Shown here: positions 39,254 to 49,898 of the stretch, piece by piece
How positions within the stretch are numbered: the stretch's first letter is position 1
How the letters are laid out: each line of letters starts with the position of its first letter
Origin: Candidatus Dormiibacterota bacterium
GTDB taxonomy: Bacteria > Chloroflexota > Dormibacteria > Aeolococcales > Aeolococcaceae
DNA length: 64,000 bases
NCBI GenBank assembly: GCA_963718525.1
Contig: OY970355.1
Coordinates: forward strand, 992,001-1,056,000
Direction of reading: 5' to 3'
Notes under the pieces: model-generated
What the model saw: the letters and a program-made list of their open reading frames with translations, nothing else
Database searches by the model: none
Told to the model about the DNA's origin: nothing
Made by a program: the position numbers and the translations under genes

Positions 39254-39997
39254 TTACGCAGCCGGCTCACGGAAGAGATCGATTACACGCTCCACCACGG
39301 TGACCGCTGCTCCTCGAACGAGAATGCCAAGTTCAAGGTTCGGACCGGCAAGACCGGCACCGGTAACGTTCGCGCTCCCAACATACGCGGCCCGGGAGTC
39401 CGATGTGAGTGCCTTGAGGTGCGCCCAGGGAGCATCGTCGCGCAACGCAGCGACGGAGAAGTTGTTGCGTTCGCCACCTCTTGCAATGGTCGAATGGAGT
39501 TCCTGGAGAGCAGCGCCTGCATGGGTGGACCGGGTCGGCAACAGGATCTCGACGCGGACGCCGCGTGCGGTCGCCGCTGCGAGAGCGTCGCCGAGATAGG
39601 AGATGCCTGGAACGTCGATGAACGGAGCGACCAAGCGCACTGTCGCGGTCGCCTCGGTCACGAGCTGCACAAGGGTCTCTCCGGTCGTACGGGTAAGACC
39701 CGGCGGCAGCGACATGTTTCCCGGCAGTGAAGCGACGAGGTCCCACGGCGCGGCTGTCGCGACCGAGCGACGCCCGAGAACCCATGCGGCTCCGAGGTCG
39801 CAGGCAGTGTCGATCCGGGCTCTGTTGCCGCCGAAGTGAGCACGTAGCACCTCAACGAGATCGGGATCGAGAGCGAGCCTGGAGGCCTCTCGGCGATCAA
39901 CTCGGGCAGCCGTGAGGAGGCCGGTGAGGTCGCGCGCAGCGCTCCACGGATCGGGCGCGGCGTAGAGAACTCCGCCGACCAGTTCGGCGTCGTGCAC
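39254..39997 (-). CDS. drmC: phospholipase D-family nuclease (DrmC-like)
   Basis: HLKALTSD (HxKxxxxD), YVGSANVT, NLELG. Confidence 0.75.
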   Translation of the reverse strand: MHDAELVGGVLYAAPDPWSAARDLTGLLTAARVDRREASRLALDPDLVEVLRAHFGGNRARIDTACDLGAAWVLGRRSVATAAPWDLVASLPGNMSLPPGLTRTTGETLVQLVTEATATVRLVAPFIDVPGISYLGDALAAATARGVRVEILLPTRSTHAGAALQELHSTIARGGERNNFSVAALRDDAPWAHLKALTSDSRAAYVGSANVTGAGLAGPNLELGILVRGAAVTVVERVIDLFREPAA

Positions 39998-39999
39998 CG

Positions 40000-41695
40000 T
40001 CAGCGAGGGCTCCGTACGAAGCCGTGCTCGCCGAAGAGCTGGGAACGGTCGAGGAAGCGGTTGAACCAGCGACAGGATGGTTCGCCGAGGTGGAGGCAGG
40101 CCATGCATGCACCGCCGCCGCTGCGACAGCCGGGATCGAGGGCGCAGCGTGACTCGCCGGCAACGAAGTCCTCAAGAACGCGGTGGAGCGAGGTCTCGAA
40201 GACGGCCTGGAGCCCTCCGAGGACGAAGTCACCACGCGAAGCCGCGTACACAATGAAGCCGAGATGGTGCGGCAGCAAGTATTCGGCCAGCCCGTCGCGC
40301 TCGATGCCCGCGAACGCCGCGAGCCGGCGGATGGTTCGGTGTGCATAGGAGTGGAGCAGTGACAATATGCTCCCGCCTAGAGGCTGGAACTGCTCCTGCG
40401 TCGGCCAGGGGATGTCGAGATGCTCGAGGATCGCAAGCCGTGCAGCTCGTGCATCCGCAGCTGGCGGCAGCGCGTGGCCGCCAGCCGTCAGATGATGGTG
40501 GACCGCGACGGGATCAAGCCGGAATAGCAGTGCCTCCGTCCGACTGAGGGAAGCGTACGCGCGGAGGTGGCCTCTATCGCGGAAGGGAACCAGCCGGGCG
40601 ACACCAGGGTTCATGTCGCCGCGCGTGTAGCCGAAGCCGAGCGTTGCAACAGGGAAGTTGGCCAGCAGGTCGACGCCCTCGAGATTGGCGGCGCGCATGG
40701 CATCGTGATACGCGCCCTCGTAGAGGGTTCGCAGCGGCGGTGTCGTTCCGGCCACCATGTCGGCCACCCGAGTCCGTCCGCCTGAGACCGCAGAGGCGAG
40801 GCTCAATGCCTCTTCTTGCGCTTTCTCCCGGACAGGGTCCTGGAGCAGGATCGGGTTTGCGGCTCCGGCGTCGACTTCGCCCTGCTCCGCCGCTTGGCGT
40901 GCGAGATCCTGTGCGGTCGCCTCGGACAACCCCATCTGGCGAAAGCCCTCAACAAGGCCGGCCAGGGTCTGTCGGCCGGCAGTGGGGTCGTCGGTGGTCA
41001 TCCCGTCGACCACCCACTCAATTGCGCGAGCGCCGCCGCCGCCGGCTCTGAGCCGCGCAGCAGTGGCCGGGTCGGGTGGGTTAACGAGGACTGCGAACCT
41101 GGGCGAGAACACGACAGCGGCACGGTGAACGGTGACGCTCATGCCGCCTCCGCAGTTGCACACCTGGTACGGGAAACCCTGGGAGACCGTGGCGCGACAG
41201 CGTGGGCAGAAGAAGCGGAGTTCGCGGGCGGTGGACGTGCCGGGCAGGTGCACAGCAACGGCGTTGTGGGTTCGGCAGCGTTGGAGGATCGGCTCTCGTG
41301 CGGCTCCGCACGTGTGGTACGCGACGAACTGCATCTGCGCGCGAGCTCGTCCACCGCAGGGGCAGCGGTCGTCACGTGAGCGAGTGATCGTCCCGCACGA
41401 CTTGCAGCGCCACTGCTGCGGGAAGGGTTCGACGAGCACGCCGCGATCCATATTGAGTTCTCACGACGTCGACCGCCGCCCTAGCCCGCAACTCTGCGGT
41501 CACCCCGTCATCGTTGCCGCTGGCGGCCCATGGGGCGATTGCGGCGATGAGGGCTGACCGAACCGTCTCCTGGTCGAGTGCAGTCTGGACCGGGTCGACC
41601 CAATTGGCGACACGCCAGATACGGCCCTCCAGGTCAGCAGTCTGGCCGGGGAGCAGCCCGAAGAGGATCTGCGACGCTCCTCGCTCGACCCTCAC
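40000..41695 (-). CDS. drmB: DUF1998 Zn-binding protein (DrmB-like); apparent +1 frameshift near 41456
   Basis: LLHSYAH, EYL, C-x4-C...ACMACL...SC...NRFLDR; N-terminus starts at a GTGA overlap with the helicase stop. Confidence 0.75.
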
Positions 41696-44600
41696 GACGG
41701 ACCACCCCGGGAGTAGACGGGAGCCTGTTCCTCGACGTCCCGAAGGGACAGCATCGGCTTGCCCGTGGGGAAGAGGTCGTCGACCCATTGGGCGCTGTTG
41801 GCTGGGTCGTTGAGGGCACGAAAGAACTCTCGCAGGTAGGTCTCAAGGTCCTGTCTCAGGTTCTCGTCGAGTGGCCCCGTGAAGGCGAGCATCGCGACGA
41901 GTGCAGTCAGCTCCGCCGGCTCGAGCACGGGCAGGCGGGCGAACGCCCGTCGCACCGCGGCCGGGAGAGTGAGCTGTCTGAGGTTAGCGGCGATGGCGGC
42001 CGGTTCATGGATGCCATAGAGGCGGGCCTGGACGAGTCCAGCGAAGGTCAGCTCCAGAACCCGCCGGCTCTTCGCCGTCACCGGCACGGGATCGATCAGG
42101 CGATCTGCATGGGCGACAAACGACGGGAAGGTTCGATAGACGGCGGCGTCGCGCTCGCGGCCGATCTTGTGGAGCACGATGACGAGGCCGGGATGGGTGC
42201 GTCCCACCCGTGAGGTCGTCTGAATGAACTCGGCGGTGGCGAGCGGCAACCCGAGCATGACCATGACGTTGAGCCGATTGATGTCGACGCCGTGGGAGAG
42301 CATCGACGACGCCGCCACGAGGTGGATGCGATCGTAGAAGTCGGGTTCGGGTTCGGTGAGACGGGCCAGCGTGGTGCGGACCTCGTCGAGCGGCGTCCGA
42401 CCGGTGAGCGTCGCTGCGTTGACCGGGCGGGAGAGCTGGATCTGGGTGTCGAAGGAACGTGCGACCGCCTCGACGTCCTTGAGCGTCGAGCCGTAGACGA
42501 CGTCGACGCCGTAGATCGACGCGAGATCGGAGAGCAGGTCGACCGCGAGTCCGGTCTCGGCTGCGACGGCGGCAGGATCATCGACCGCCCGCCGGGTCAC
42601 GCGCTGGAGCGCCTCGGTCAGTTGGTCGGTGGCGTACTCCAACGTCACGCCACGCGGCGCGACGCCCGCGAACCGCCGGGCGAGGTTCTCGGTGTCGCGG
42701 GACCAGAACGAGTGACCCACCCGCGGACCAGGCCGTGGAAACGTTCGTCCCTCCCGGCGGTAAAGGGCAGCGACCTGCTCGTCGTGACCTGCGAGGGTGG
42801 CCGAGGAGGCGATGATCTTGGGAGTCGAGCCGTAATGAGTTTGGAGCGCATCGAGCAGTGCTTCGTAGTGGGCGTCGACCGCTCCCAGGCTGTCGCGCAG
42901 GAGGTGCAACTCGTCCTGCATCCGGATGGTGGGGGCGAACAGCGCTGCGTCCTGGCCCAGCGGGCCGGGTGGTGCTGAGCACCCCGGGAAGAGGCAACCT
43001 GACGGGGACTTGCTCCTCGGCGCGTACGTGTAACCGTGCCCCTGCAGCGAGCAGCGTCCGGACGGCGGGCCGTAGAACCCGCGCATGGCCGCCTGCATCG
43101 CGACGCTCGCCGCCTTGTCGAGCGTGCCGAGGACAACGGTCGGTAGCGAGCGGTAGATCTCTTCGTCGACGACGCGCATGGGCAGGGGTCGACCTTCCCA
43201 CGGGCAGCGCGTCTCGGTGCAGATGTGATCGAGGGCCCACCGCCGCTGGTCGAAGCGCATCTCGAGCGACGAAGACGTGCAGAAGGGGCAGCGGAGCAGG
43301 ACCTGGTAGCGCCCGGGCATCTCGGGGTCGTCCGGGTCGGGCTGGCCCGGCCGGTGATCACGGGCGGTAGGGATCTTGTTGGGGGTCCCGTTGTTCCCGA
43401 CGAAGAAGCCGAGCGAGAAGGGCTGGCCCTCGATCTGTTCGTCGCGGCGCACCAGTTCGGCGGCGGCGAGGACGTCGGCGAAGCGCTGCGTCTGTTGTAG
43501 GGACAGCATTCGGAGCGGGAAACGTCCCCATGAAGTGATGCCTTCCCGCTTGCCACGGAGGCGGTCGAAGAACGCTGCGGTGACCACGAAGAGGAGGTAC
43601 GTCTCCGTCTTGCCGCCTCCGGTCGCGAACCAGAGCGTGTCGACGACCTCGCGTGGGCCATCCGCCAACTCGTCGACGATGGAGGCGACGTTCGCGACCA
43701 CGAAGCCAAGCTGGAACGCTCGCCACGCCGAATGGGGCACCGCGGGTGACGTCGCGAATGCACGGTTCGCAAGCCGAAAAGCGCGGAGTAGGCGATCGTC
43801 AGTGTCGAGAAGCGTCACCCCCTGCTCAAGCCGGCCCAGCTCGTCGAAGAAAGCGTTGGACTCGCCGGCGGCCTGGCGGCGCATGCCTGCGTCCCAGCGC
43901 TCCCTGTCCGCCCTTTCGGCTAGCACTCGATCGGACCAATGGCGGTCGCCCCACTGTCCCGCCATGGTGACGAGGGCACGCAGGCTCGGCATCGGGTCGT
44001 CGGCTAGAACTGCGAACCTGATGTCCGGCTCTGCGCCGGCCTCGGGGTCCCAATAAGCAGGTCGGACCTGATCGCGGACGGCGACATCGGTGGTCTGGAA
44101 GATGGTGGGCGAGATCGGTTCGACGCCGCCGTTGACACCGTAGGCCGGGACCGTCCGCTCGTAGCGGAAAGAGTCCGGGAGGTTGTCGAGCTTGAAAGGC
44201 TCGGTAGCTCCGATATCGGCGGTCATCGACGCTTCGTAGAGATTGGTGTCCCAGCCGTCGAGTTCCTCCGGAGAGAGGTTGACGAGCGTGACGACGAGTT
44301 CGGGACCATCCTTGCCGAGCTCGAGTTCCGCGTGGAACTCGCACGTCATGCCCACGGCTCCTGCTCCGGCCAGCACACGCTCGAAGTCGCCACGACCGGC
44401 CGACGTGACCTGACCCACGACGGTGGGCGTGGGCAGTTTGGCGATCACCTCGATGGGTTCACTCTTGCGCCACCTGTCGGCGTCCGGCTGAGCGCCGCCG
44501 TCGAACTCGCTCCACACGACGAACCGAGCCGAGCACGAGACCGAGCGGCCATCGATTGCCGATGGGCGAACCCGGACGCCAACCTCGCACGGCTCCAGGC

Positions 44601-44787
44601 GCTCGCTGCGCTCCCCCAGCCTACTGTTCTGGACCACGATCTCTGGGGCCAGGCGGCCAAGCCAGAAGCGCCCCTTGGGGGCGACCGGCAGGAACGACAT
44701 GAGGTCGCCGCGCGCCTCGGCGACGATGCTGTCGAGCATCCACGAGACGAAGGTCGCGCAGTCGGCGGAACTAAGCTGATCGATCAC
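41692..44787 (-). CDS. drmA: SF2 helicase (DrmA-like)
   Basis: FATGGGKTE, PLRMLSLQQ, GTLDK, QDELHL, SSATL, HGVDI, QTTSRVGR. Confidence 0.82.
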   Translation of the reverse strand: MIDQLSSADCATFVSWMLDSIVAEARGDLMSFLPVAPKGRFWLGRLAPEIVVQNSRLGERSERLEPCEVGVRVRPSAIDGRSVSCSARFVVWSEFDGGAQPDADRWRKSEPIEVIAKLPTPTVVGQVTSAGRGDFERVLAGAGAVGMTCEFHAELELGKDGPELVVTLVNLSPEELDGWDTNLYEASMTADIGATEPFKLDNLPDSFRYERTVPAYGVNGGVEPISPTIFQTTDVAVRDQVRPAYWDPEAGAEPDIRFAVLADDPMPSLRALVTMAGQWGDRHWSDRVLAERADRERWDAGMRRQAAGESNAFFDELGRLEQGVTLLDTDDRLLRAFRLANRAFATSPAVPHSAWRAFQLGFVVANVASIVDELADGPREVVDTLWFATGGGKTETYLLFVVTAAFFDRLRGKREGITSWGRFPLRMLSLQQTQRFADVLAAAELVRRDEQIEGQPFSLGFFVGNNGTPNKIPTARDHRPGQPDPDDPEMPGRYQVLLRCPFCTSSSLEMRFDQRRWALDHICTETRCPWEGRPLPMRVVDEEIYRSLPTVVLGTLDKAASVAMQAAMRGFYGPPSGRCSLQGHGYTYAPRSKSPSGCLFPGCSAPPGPLGQDAALFAPTIRMQDELHLLRDSLGAVDAHYEALLDALQTHYGSTPKIIASSATLAGHDEQVAALYRREGRTFPRPGPRVGHSFWSRDTENLARRFAGVAPRGVTLEYATDQLTEALQRVTRRAVDDPAAVAAETGLAVDLLSDLASIYGVDVVYGSTLKDVEAVARSFDTQIQLSRPVNAATLTGRTPLDEVRTTLARLTEPEPDFYDRIHLVAASSMLSHGVDINRLNVMVMLGLPLATAEFIQTTSRVGRTHPGLVIVLHKIGRERDAAVYRTFPSFVAHADRLIDPVPVTAKSRRVLELTFAGLVQARLYGIHEPAAIAANLRQLTLPAAVRRAFARLPVLEPAELTALVAMLAFTGPLDENLRQDLETYLREFFRALNDPANSAQWVDDLFPTGKPMLSLRDVEEQAPVYSRGGPS

Positions 44788-47135
44788 GCACTCTCCAGGC
44801 GTCCCAGCAGCGTCAGCGGCACCGGTTCCTCGCAGAGCTGGACGTCGATGACAACTGCTTCGATAACGGCGTCGCGCAGATCGGCGATGGACAGCCCAGT
44901 ATCGGGATCGACGCGCCTCTGGTCCTCAACAAGCGTCGAGCTTCGAGCAGCCTCGGCAAGCGCTCTCCCGGCGGCCCGACGGAACACTCTGCGCCTCTGG
45001 ACGCAGGCAAACAGTTCAGCGATCTGGACGTCGGACATGCCGAGGTCGAGAGCCACGCATAGCAGTCGCAGGTCACTGAGATCGCGCGGCGCCATGATCC
45101 CGCCATCGGTCACCCAGTTGCGGACGGCGACTGAAGTCTTCTCGCAGCCGAGCGCCCCAAGCTTGCGGTGGAGATAAGTGATGTTGAAGCCCGACCCAGC
45201 AAATCGACTGCGAACGAGGTCGTGGTAGCGGTCGATGAGCATCCGGGCGGCGAGCAGGTCCGGGCGAGCGCCAAGCCGTTCCTCAAGGGCCTCAAGCAGA
45301 CCGACCCGACCCTGCCGTCGGCTGATGAGGAGGACATCCCCTTGCTGGAGCTTGAGCGGCCGACGGTCTTCGATCTTGAGTCCCACTCGCACTTCGACCG
45401 ATCGAGCCGCTTCCAGAAGCACGCGACCCTGATCCGTAGAGACAGCGACGGCCACGACGGCTGCCGCCCACTCGCCGTCGTCGAGCTCGCGGGCAACCTG
45501 GGACATCGGTCCTTCGTCGCCGATGTCGAGTGGATCGAGATCGAACAGTGAATCGAAGAGCTCGAAGGGATCGGGTTCGGGCACGAACTCAACCCCGTCG
45601 ACGAGGACAACCGGCGGCGTGGTCACCATGGAAGAGGGGGCTGGTGGTGGATCAGTGCCAAGCAACGTCCGCCACGTCCTGCCTCGAATCTCCGGACTTC
45701 CCCACCGCTCCCGGGCGGCTCGGACACTGTCGACAGCGATGGCGCAGGTCCGACCCGAGGCACTGCCGAGCGCCAGAACTGTCACCTCGGTCGAGAGGCC
45801 GGATAGGATCCGATGCCAGTCCCACGGAGCGGGTTCCCCGACCACAACCGCCTGTGGCCAGGTCCCCTGCCGATGCAGACGGCCGATTGCGCTGAAACTG
45901 ACCTGCCCGACGGCGCCCGCGTCGGGGTCGACTCCGAGAGCGTCGAGCAACGCACGGGACGCGGTCTTGGTCTTGGTCACCACGAGCGCTTCGCTCCCGC
46001 TTCGTACCAGCTCCGCGAGCGCCGATCCCAGCGGGTTTCCGGTATCGAGGGCGGCTCGGAGGTCGCCGATGTCGTTTGCCAGTATGTTGGCGATCTCCGC
46101 CCGGTCGCCGTCGAGCGTGCGTGCCCAGCTGGTCAGCTCGGGCTCGAAGGTGCGGGTCGCTCGGGCGGCCCATGGCGGCAGCCCCGCAAACCGGTCGAAA
46201 CGGCTGGGTTCACAGGCCAGTGAGGTCAAGGTCGACAGATGGTGCCAGGCGGCCGACAGGCCGCGCTCGACGTGGCGGTTGGAGCGCTCAGGAGTGAGTT
46301 CCCGCAGCAAACGGAGGTCTTCGCGGGCCCGGGCGAGCGCGGTCTCGGCTTCAGGATGCCGAGCAACCGAGACGGTGACTTTGACACCCCTCGCAATGGC
46401 CTCCAGTCGCTCCGTTGCTACCGAGAAGGGCACAGTGCGGCCACGCCGAATCTCAAGATGGGTATTCCAGCGAGCGAGGTCAGAATCGGCCCAGCCCCAG
46501 ATCAGCCGGCCCTTATGTTCATCTCGGCTTAATGCGGAATCGAGCGGATCAGCAAAGACCTCCACCGACGCCTGTCCGCTCTCCACCTTCACAAGGCCCG
46601 CGAGATGGTCGACGACGAGGTAGTCCACCGGCCAGCCCGCGCACGCCTGACCGATGATGATCCCGGTGAATCGCCGGCCGCCGACGGGGCTCTCACCGTC
46701 GGGGCCGGCCCGGAAACATCCGAGGACTTCGTCGATAGGTGTCCGGTCCCCGCGATTGGCAATTCGGAGCTGCTTCCAGATCCGCTCAGCCATTGTCGGG
46801 TCGGCCGTAACCAGTCCGAGAGCCGGCGCTCGAGCGCCCATCACCCCGTGCGTTGCGAGGAACTGACGGAGCAGGAGCTGAGCCGCCAGGAGGACGGCGA
46901 CGCTCCCAGCGGGCGCCGGGTAAACCAAGTCGATGCTCTGCCCGCGACGGACTGCTAGGTCGACCAGCGCCAGCGCCGCCTCGTCGACCCAGCAGAGGTC
47001 GACCCACTTCGGCCCCTGACCGTCCTCGAGCACCAGGCGGCGGTCGCGGGCAATGGCCACGAGACTGCCGCCGCCCTCGTTGTCGAGCAAAAGGGCGTCC
47101 CACGGAGCTTGGGTTCCGCTCGCTTTGCGCTCCAC
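44784..47135 (-). CDS. drmE: DrmE-like degenerate helicase
   Basis: 783 aa, coupled upstream of drmA; C-terminal LQQGD, VRNW...IMAP...DL pattern. Confidence 0.55.
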   Translation of the reverse strand: MERKASGTQAPWDALLLDNEGGGSLVAIARDRRLVLEDGQGPKWVDLCWVDEAALALVDLAVRRGQSIDLVYPAPAGSVAVLLAAQLLLRQFLATHGVMGARAPALGLVTADPTMAERIWKQLRIANRGDRTPIDEVLGCFRAGPDGESPVGGRRFTGIIIGQACAGWPVDYLVVDHLAGLVKVESGQASVEVFADPLDSALSRDEHKGRLIWGWADSDLARWNTHLEIRRGRTVPFSVATERLEAIARGVKVTVSVARHPEAETALARAREDLRLLRELTPERSNRHVERGLSAAWHHLSTLTSLACEPSRFDRFAGLPPWAARATRTFEPELTSWARTLDGDRAEIANILANDIGDLRAALDTGNPLGSALAELVRSGSEALVVTKTKTASRALLDALGVDPDAGAVGQVSFSAIGRLHRQGTWPQAVVVGEPAPWDWHRILSGLSTEVTVLALGSASGRTCAIAVDSVRAARERWGSPEIRGRTWRTLLGTDPPPAPSSMVTTPPVVLVDGVEFVPEPDPFELFDSLFDLDPLDIGDEGPMSQVARELDDGEWAAAVVAVAVSTDQGRVLLEAARSVEVRVGLKIEDRRPLKLQQGDVLLISRRQGRVGLLEALEERLGARPDLLAARMLIDRYHDLVRSRFAGSGFNITYLHRKLGALGCEKTSVAVRNWVTDGGIMAPRDLSDLRLLCVALDLGMSDVQIAELFACVQRRRVFRRAAGRALAEAARSSTLVEDQRRVDPDTGLSIADLRDAVIEAVVIDVQLCEEPVPLTLLGRLESA

Positions 47136-47220
47136 ACTGGAGATTCTGACCGTGACAGTCGCCTATCTCCGGCCTCGGAGTCCTCGCGTCAGCGATGACG
47201 GCATCGTGGCAGCAGCCTGG

Positions 47221-48870
47221 TCAGCCTCCCCTCACTGCAGCGAACACCTTGCTAGCGAACTCGACTGGATCGTCGTGCTCCCAGTAGCGCAGAACGGTCC
47301 ATCCTGCGTCGGTCAGTCGTGCATCAGTAGCGGTGTCGCGGGTGCGATTGGCGGCGATCTTCTTCTTCCACCACTCGCTATGGCTCTTCGGAGCGGTGCC
47401 ATGCGCCGGGCAGCCATGCCAATAGCAACCGTCCACGTAGACGGCCACACGAGCTCCGCGGAACACGATGTCGGCGCGCCCGCGTGTGCCGTCGACTGGT
47501 TGATCTACTAAATAACGGAGACCCCGGCGGTGCAGTTCGGAGCGCAGCCGTAACTCCGGTGCGGTGTCGCGTCGCTTGGTTGTTCGAAACCGCCGCCGAA
47601 TAACATCGCTCGAAGCCGTGGGGACGTTGGCACGACGGAGGGCACTGATGGCGTTCGCACCGCGCGTCGCGCCATCACCGCGCTTAGTCGGAAAGACTGC
47701 AGTGAGGAGCGGCGTTCCGATATGTACCCCCAGTAAGGGGGGAACGGCGTTGCCAATGACGTGCGCCCATGTGCCGCGGGTCTTATCGGTGCCGAGGTCG
47801 AAGAAGTCCGGTAGTGTCTGGAGACGGGCAGCCTCGTGGGGAGTGATCGTACGGGGCTCGGCGGGGTGGACGTATCGCCCTTGACCCATCGAGCCATAGC
47901 CGGTGGTGATCGTCTGTGCCGGGGCACCCCACCGGAGTCGGCCGTACATCGAGACGTAGCTGTGATCGTCGTGGTGGCACGCCGGTCGCCGCCGGTTGGG
48001 GAGGTCATACGCGCCGTTGTCGATGAGCCAGCGCATCCGAAGGAGGTTCTTGGTGCTCGCGACACCGGGAGAATCGATGCCCTTCGGATCGGACTTGCCG
48101 GCGAGGTCGCCTATCGCCCATTCGACTGTGCGGGGCCCGTGGTCCTTGCACGCAATGGTGGCCCCAAGGATGACCGCGGGATCAATCCGACGATCGCGCA
48201 CGGCGAGCATCAGATGACGCCGCCGGCGCTGCGGCATCCCTAACTCGGTGAGGTCGAGGACCGCCGTCTCAACTCGATAACCAGCGGCCTCGAGTGCGGC
48301 GCGGGCAGTGGGAACGGATCTGTGCAGGTCGTGTTGGATCGCCGGCACGTTTTCGATGAGCACCGCGCGCGGGCGAAGAACTTCGGCCGCGCGTGCGACA
48401 CGAACATAGAGTCCGTTCCGCGCGTCGTCACGCCGGGTCTTGTTGTTTAGATCTGAGTGCCCCTGGCAGGGTGGTCCAGCCAGCACGATATCGACCCTTC
48501 CGATCTTGGATGCGAGTTTGTCCTCACCGGCGGTTCGGGGTTCCCCTGGTGGGCCGTCGAAGAGGCTGGCAACGTCCTCCCGGAGTACCTTCGCTCGGGG
48601 GAAATTCAGTTCGTAGACATCGGCAGCACCTGGATCGTCGTCAACGGCAACGGCGATCTTGATGCCTCGTCCCACGCGACGTGCCGCCTCTGCGAAGCCG
48701 AGGCTCAGGCCCCCACCGCCGCAGAAGAGGTCGACGACCCGGAGGGTCGGCGCATGCGACTCATAGTCGGGCCGACGCTTCCGTCTGATGAACTTCGCAT
48801 CCGCGTCGCAGACTGGGCAATCCTCCACAACTCGAGATCGTACGAGGGATGGCGAACCACCGGGGGCCAT
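47221..48870 (-). CDS. C5-cytosine DNA methyltransferase fused to Vsr endonuclease
   Basis: DLFCGGGG, GPPCQG, ENV, QRRRR, EAARLQ, IGNAVPP, then RDTAPELRLR...DGCYWHGCP in the same frame. Confidence 0.88.
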   Translation of the reverse strand: MAPGGSPSLVRSRVVEDCPVCDADAKFIRRKRRPDYESHAPTLRVVDLFCGGGGLSLGFAEAARRVGRGIKIAVAVDDDPGAADVYELNFPRAKVLREDVASLFDGPPGEPRTAGEDKLASKIGRVDIVLAGPPCQGHSDLNNKTRRDDARNGLYVRVARAAEVLRPRAVLIENVPAIQHDLHRSVPTARAALEAAGYRVETAVLDLTELGMPQRRRRHLMLAVRDRRIDPAVILGATIACKDHGPRTVEWAIGDLAGKSDPKGIDSPGVASTKNLLRMRWLIDNGAYDLPNRRRPACHHDDHSYVSMYGRLRWGAPAQTITTGYGSMGQGRYVHPAEPRTITPHEAARLQTLPDFFDLGTDKTRGTWAHVIGNAVPPLLGVHIGTPLLTAVFPTKRGDGATRGANAISALRRANVPTASSDVIRRRFRTTKRRDTAPELRLRSELHRRGLRYLVDQPVDGTRGRADIVFRGARVAVYVDGCYWHGCPAHGTAPKSHSEWWKKKIAANRTRDTATDARLTDAGWTVLRYWEHDDPVEFASKVFAAVRGG

Positions 48871-49838
48871 CGATTGCTGGTGGCCGCCACATATCCCATC
48901 TGTCGGGCGGCCAGGCAGCGTACGATTCGAGCATCGACGCGGACTACGAGGAGCGGCTACGGGTAGCTGCCATGGGGTGGCTCGATGAGGGCATCCACAC
49001 CGGCCACGAGGTATTCACGTTCGACGAGCTGGCGATGTTCAGCTTTGAAGGTCGCCGAGTGCCCCTCATGGATCCGCAACGAGGCATCCGCAAACCTGCT
49101 CACCTGACAGCAGCACTGTCAATCCGAACCAGGTTCACGCCACCAGGACAGGTCCCTCCGTACGAAGATGCCGAAGGGCCTGACGGTCTTCTGCGTTACA
49201 AGTATCGGGGCTTGGATCGCAACCATCCCGAGAACGTCGCTTTGCGCGAGGCGTATGAGCGCCGGTTGCCACTGGTTTGGTTCGTGGGGGTTGCGGTTGG
49301 CGCGTATGTTCCGATTTATCCGATCTGGATCGTCGGCGACGAGCCCGCGCAGCTCCAGTTCGTGGTCGCCTTCGATGTGGCACAACGTCTGGTGACGGTC
49401 GGCAACCTCAGCGACGAGGTGCAGCGCCGATACGTAGAACGGCTCACACGCCAACGGCTCCACCAGCCCGTCTTCCGGATCAGGGTCCTGACCGCCTACG
49501 CGAATCAGTGCGCCATGTGCCGGTTGCGCTACTCATCGCTGCTCGATGCCGCTCACATCTTGCCCGACGGGCACCCTCTTGGTGCTGCGATCGTCACTAA
49601 TGGACTGTCTCTCTGCAAGATCCACCATGCGGCATACGACAACAATCTTTTGGGCGTTCGGCCCGACCTCGTGGTCGAGGTCCGCTCCGACGTCAGGACC
49701 CAGATAGACGGCCCGATGCTGCTTCATGGGTTGCAGGAGATGGCGGGCGTGCGGCTCGTCCGGCCGCGTTCACGGGCGTCGCAGCCGGACCCCGAACGTC
49801 TTGAGGAGCGATACATAGAGTTCCGCGGGGCAGCGTGA
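48849..49838 (+). CDS. HNH restriction endonuclease-like protein
   Basis: RLHQPVFR, CAMC, DAAHI, NGLSLCKIHHAAYD; start uncertain. Confidence 0.85.
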   Translation: MANHRGPSIAGGRHISHLSGGQAAYDSSIDADYEERLRVAAMGWLDEGIHTGHEVFTFDELAMFSFEGRRVPLMDPQRGIRKPAHLTAALSIRTRFTPPGQVPPYEDAEGPDGLLRYKYRGLDRNHPENVALREAYERRLPLVWFVGVAVGAYVPIYPIWIVGDEPAQLQFVVAFDVAQRLVTVGNLSDEVQRRYVERLTRQRLHQPVFRIRVLTAYANQCAMCRLRYSSLLDAAHILPDGHPLGAAIVTNGLSLCKIHHAAYDNNLLGVRPDLVVEVRSDVRTQIDGPMLLHGLQEMAGVRLVRPRSRASQPDPERLEERYIEFRGAA

Positions 49839-49898
49839 CCGAGGCGACTGCCCTGAACGCTGCGAGGCGGTCGCAACGATGAGGCATCCTTTGTCCTG

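Noticed and set aside
19400-41460. Programmed frameshifting or phase variation of the defence genes
   Set aside because: No slippery heptamer or long homopolymer at the sites; all share a GAACTC context better explained as miscalls
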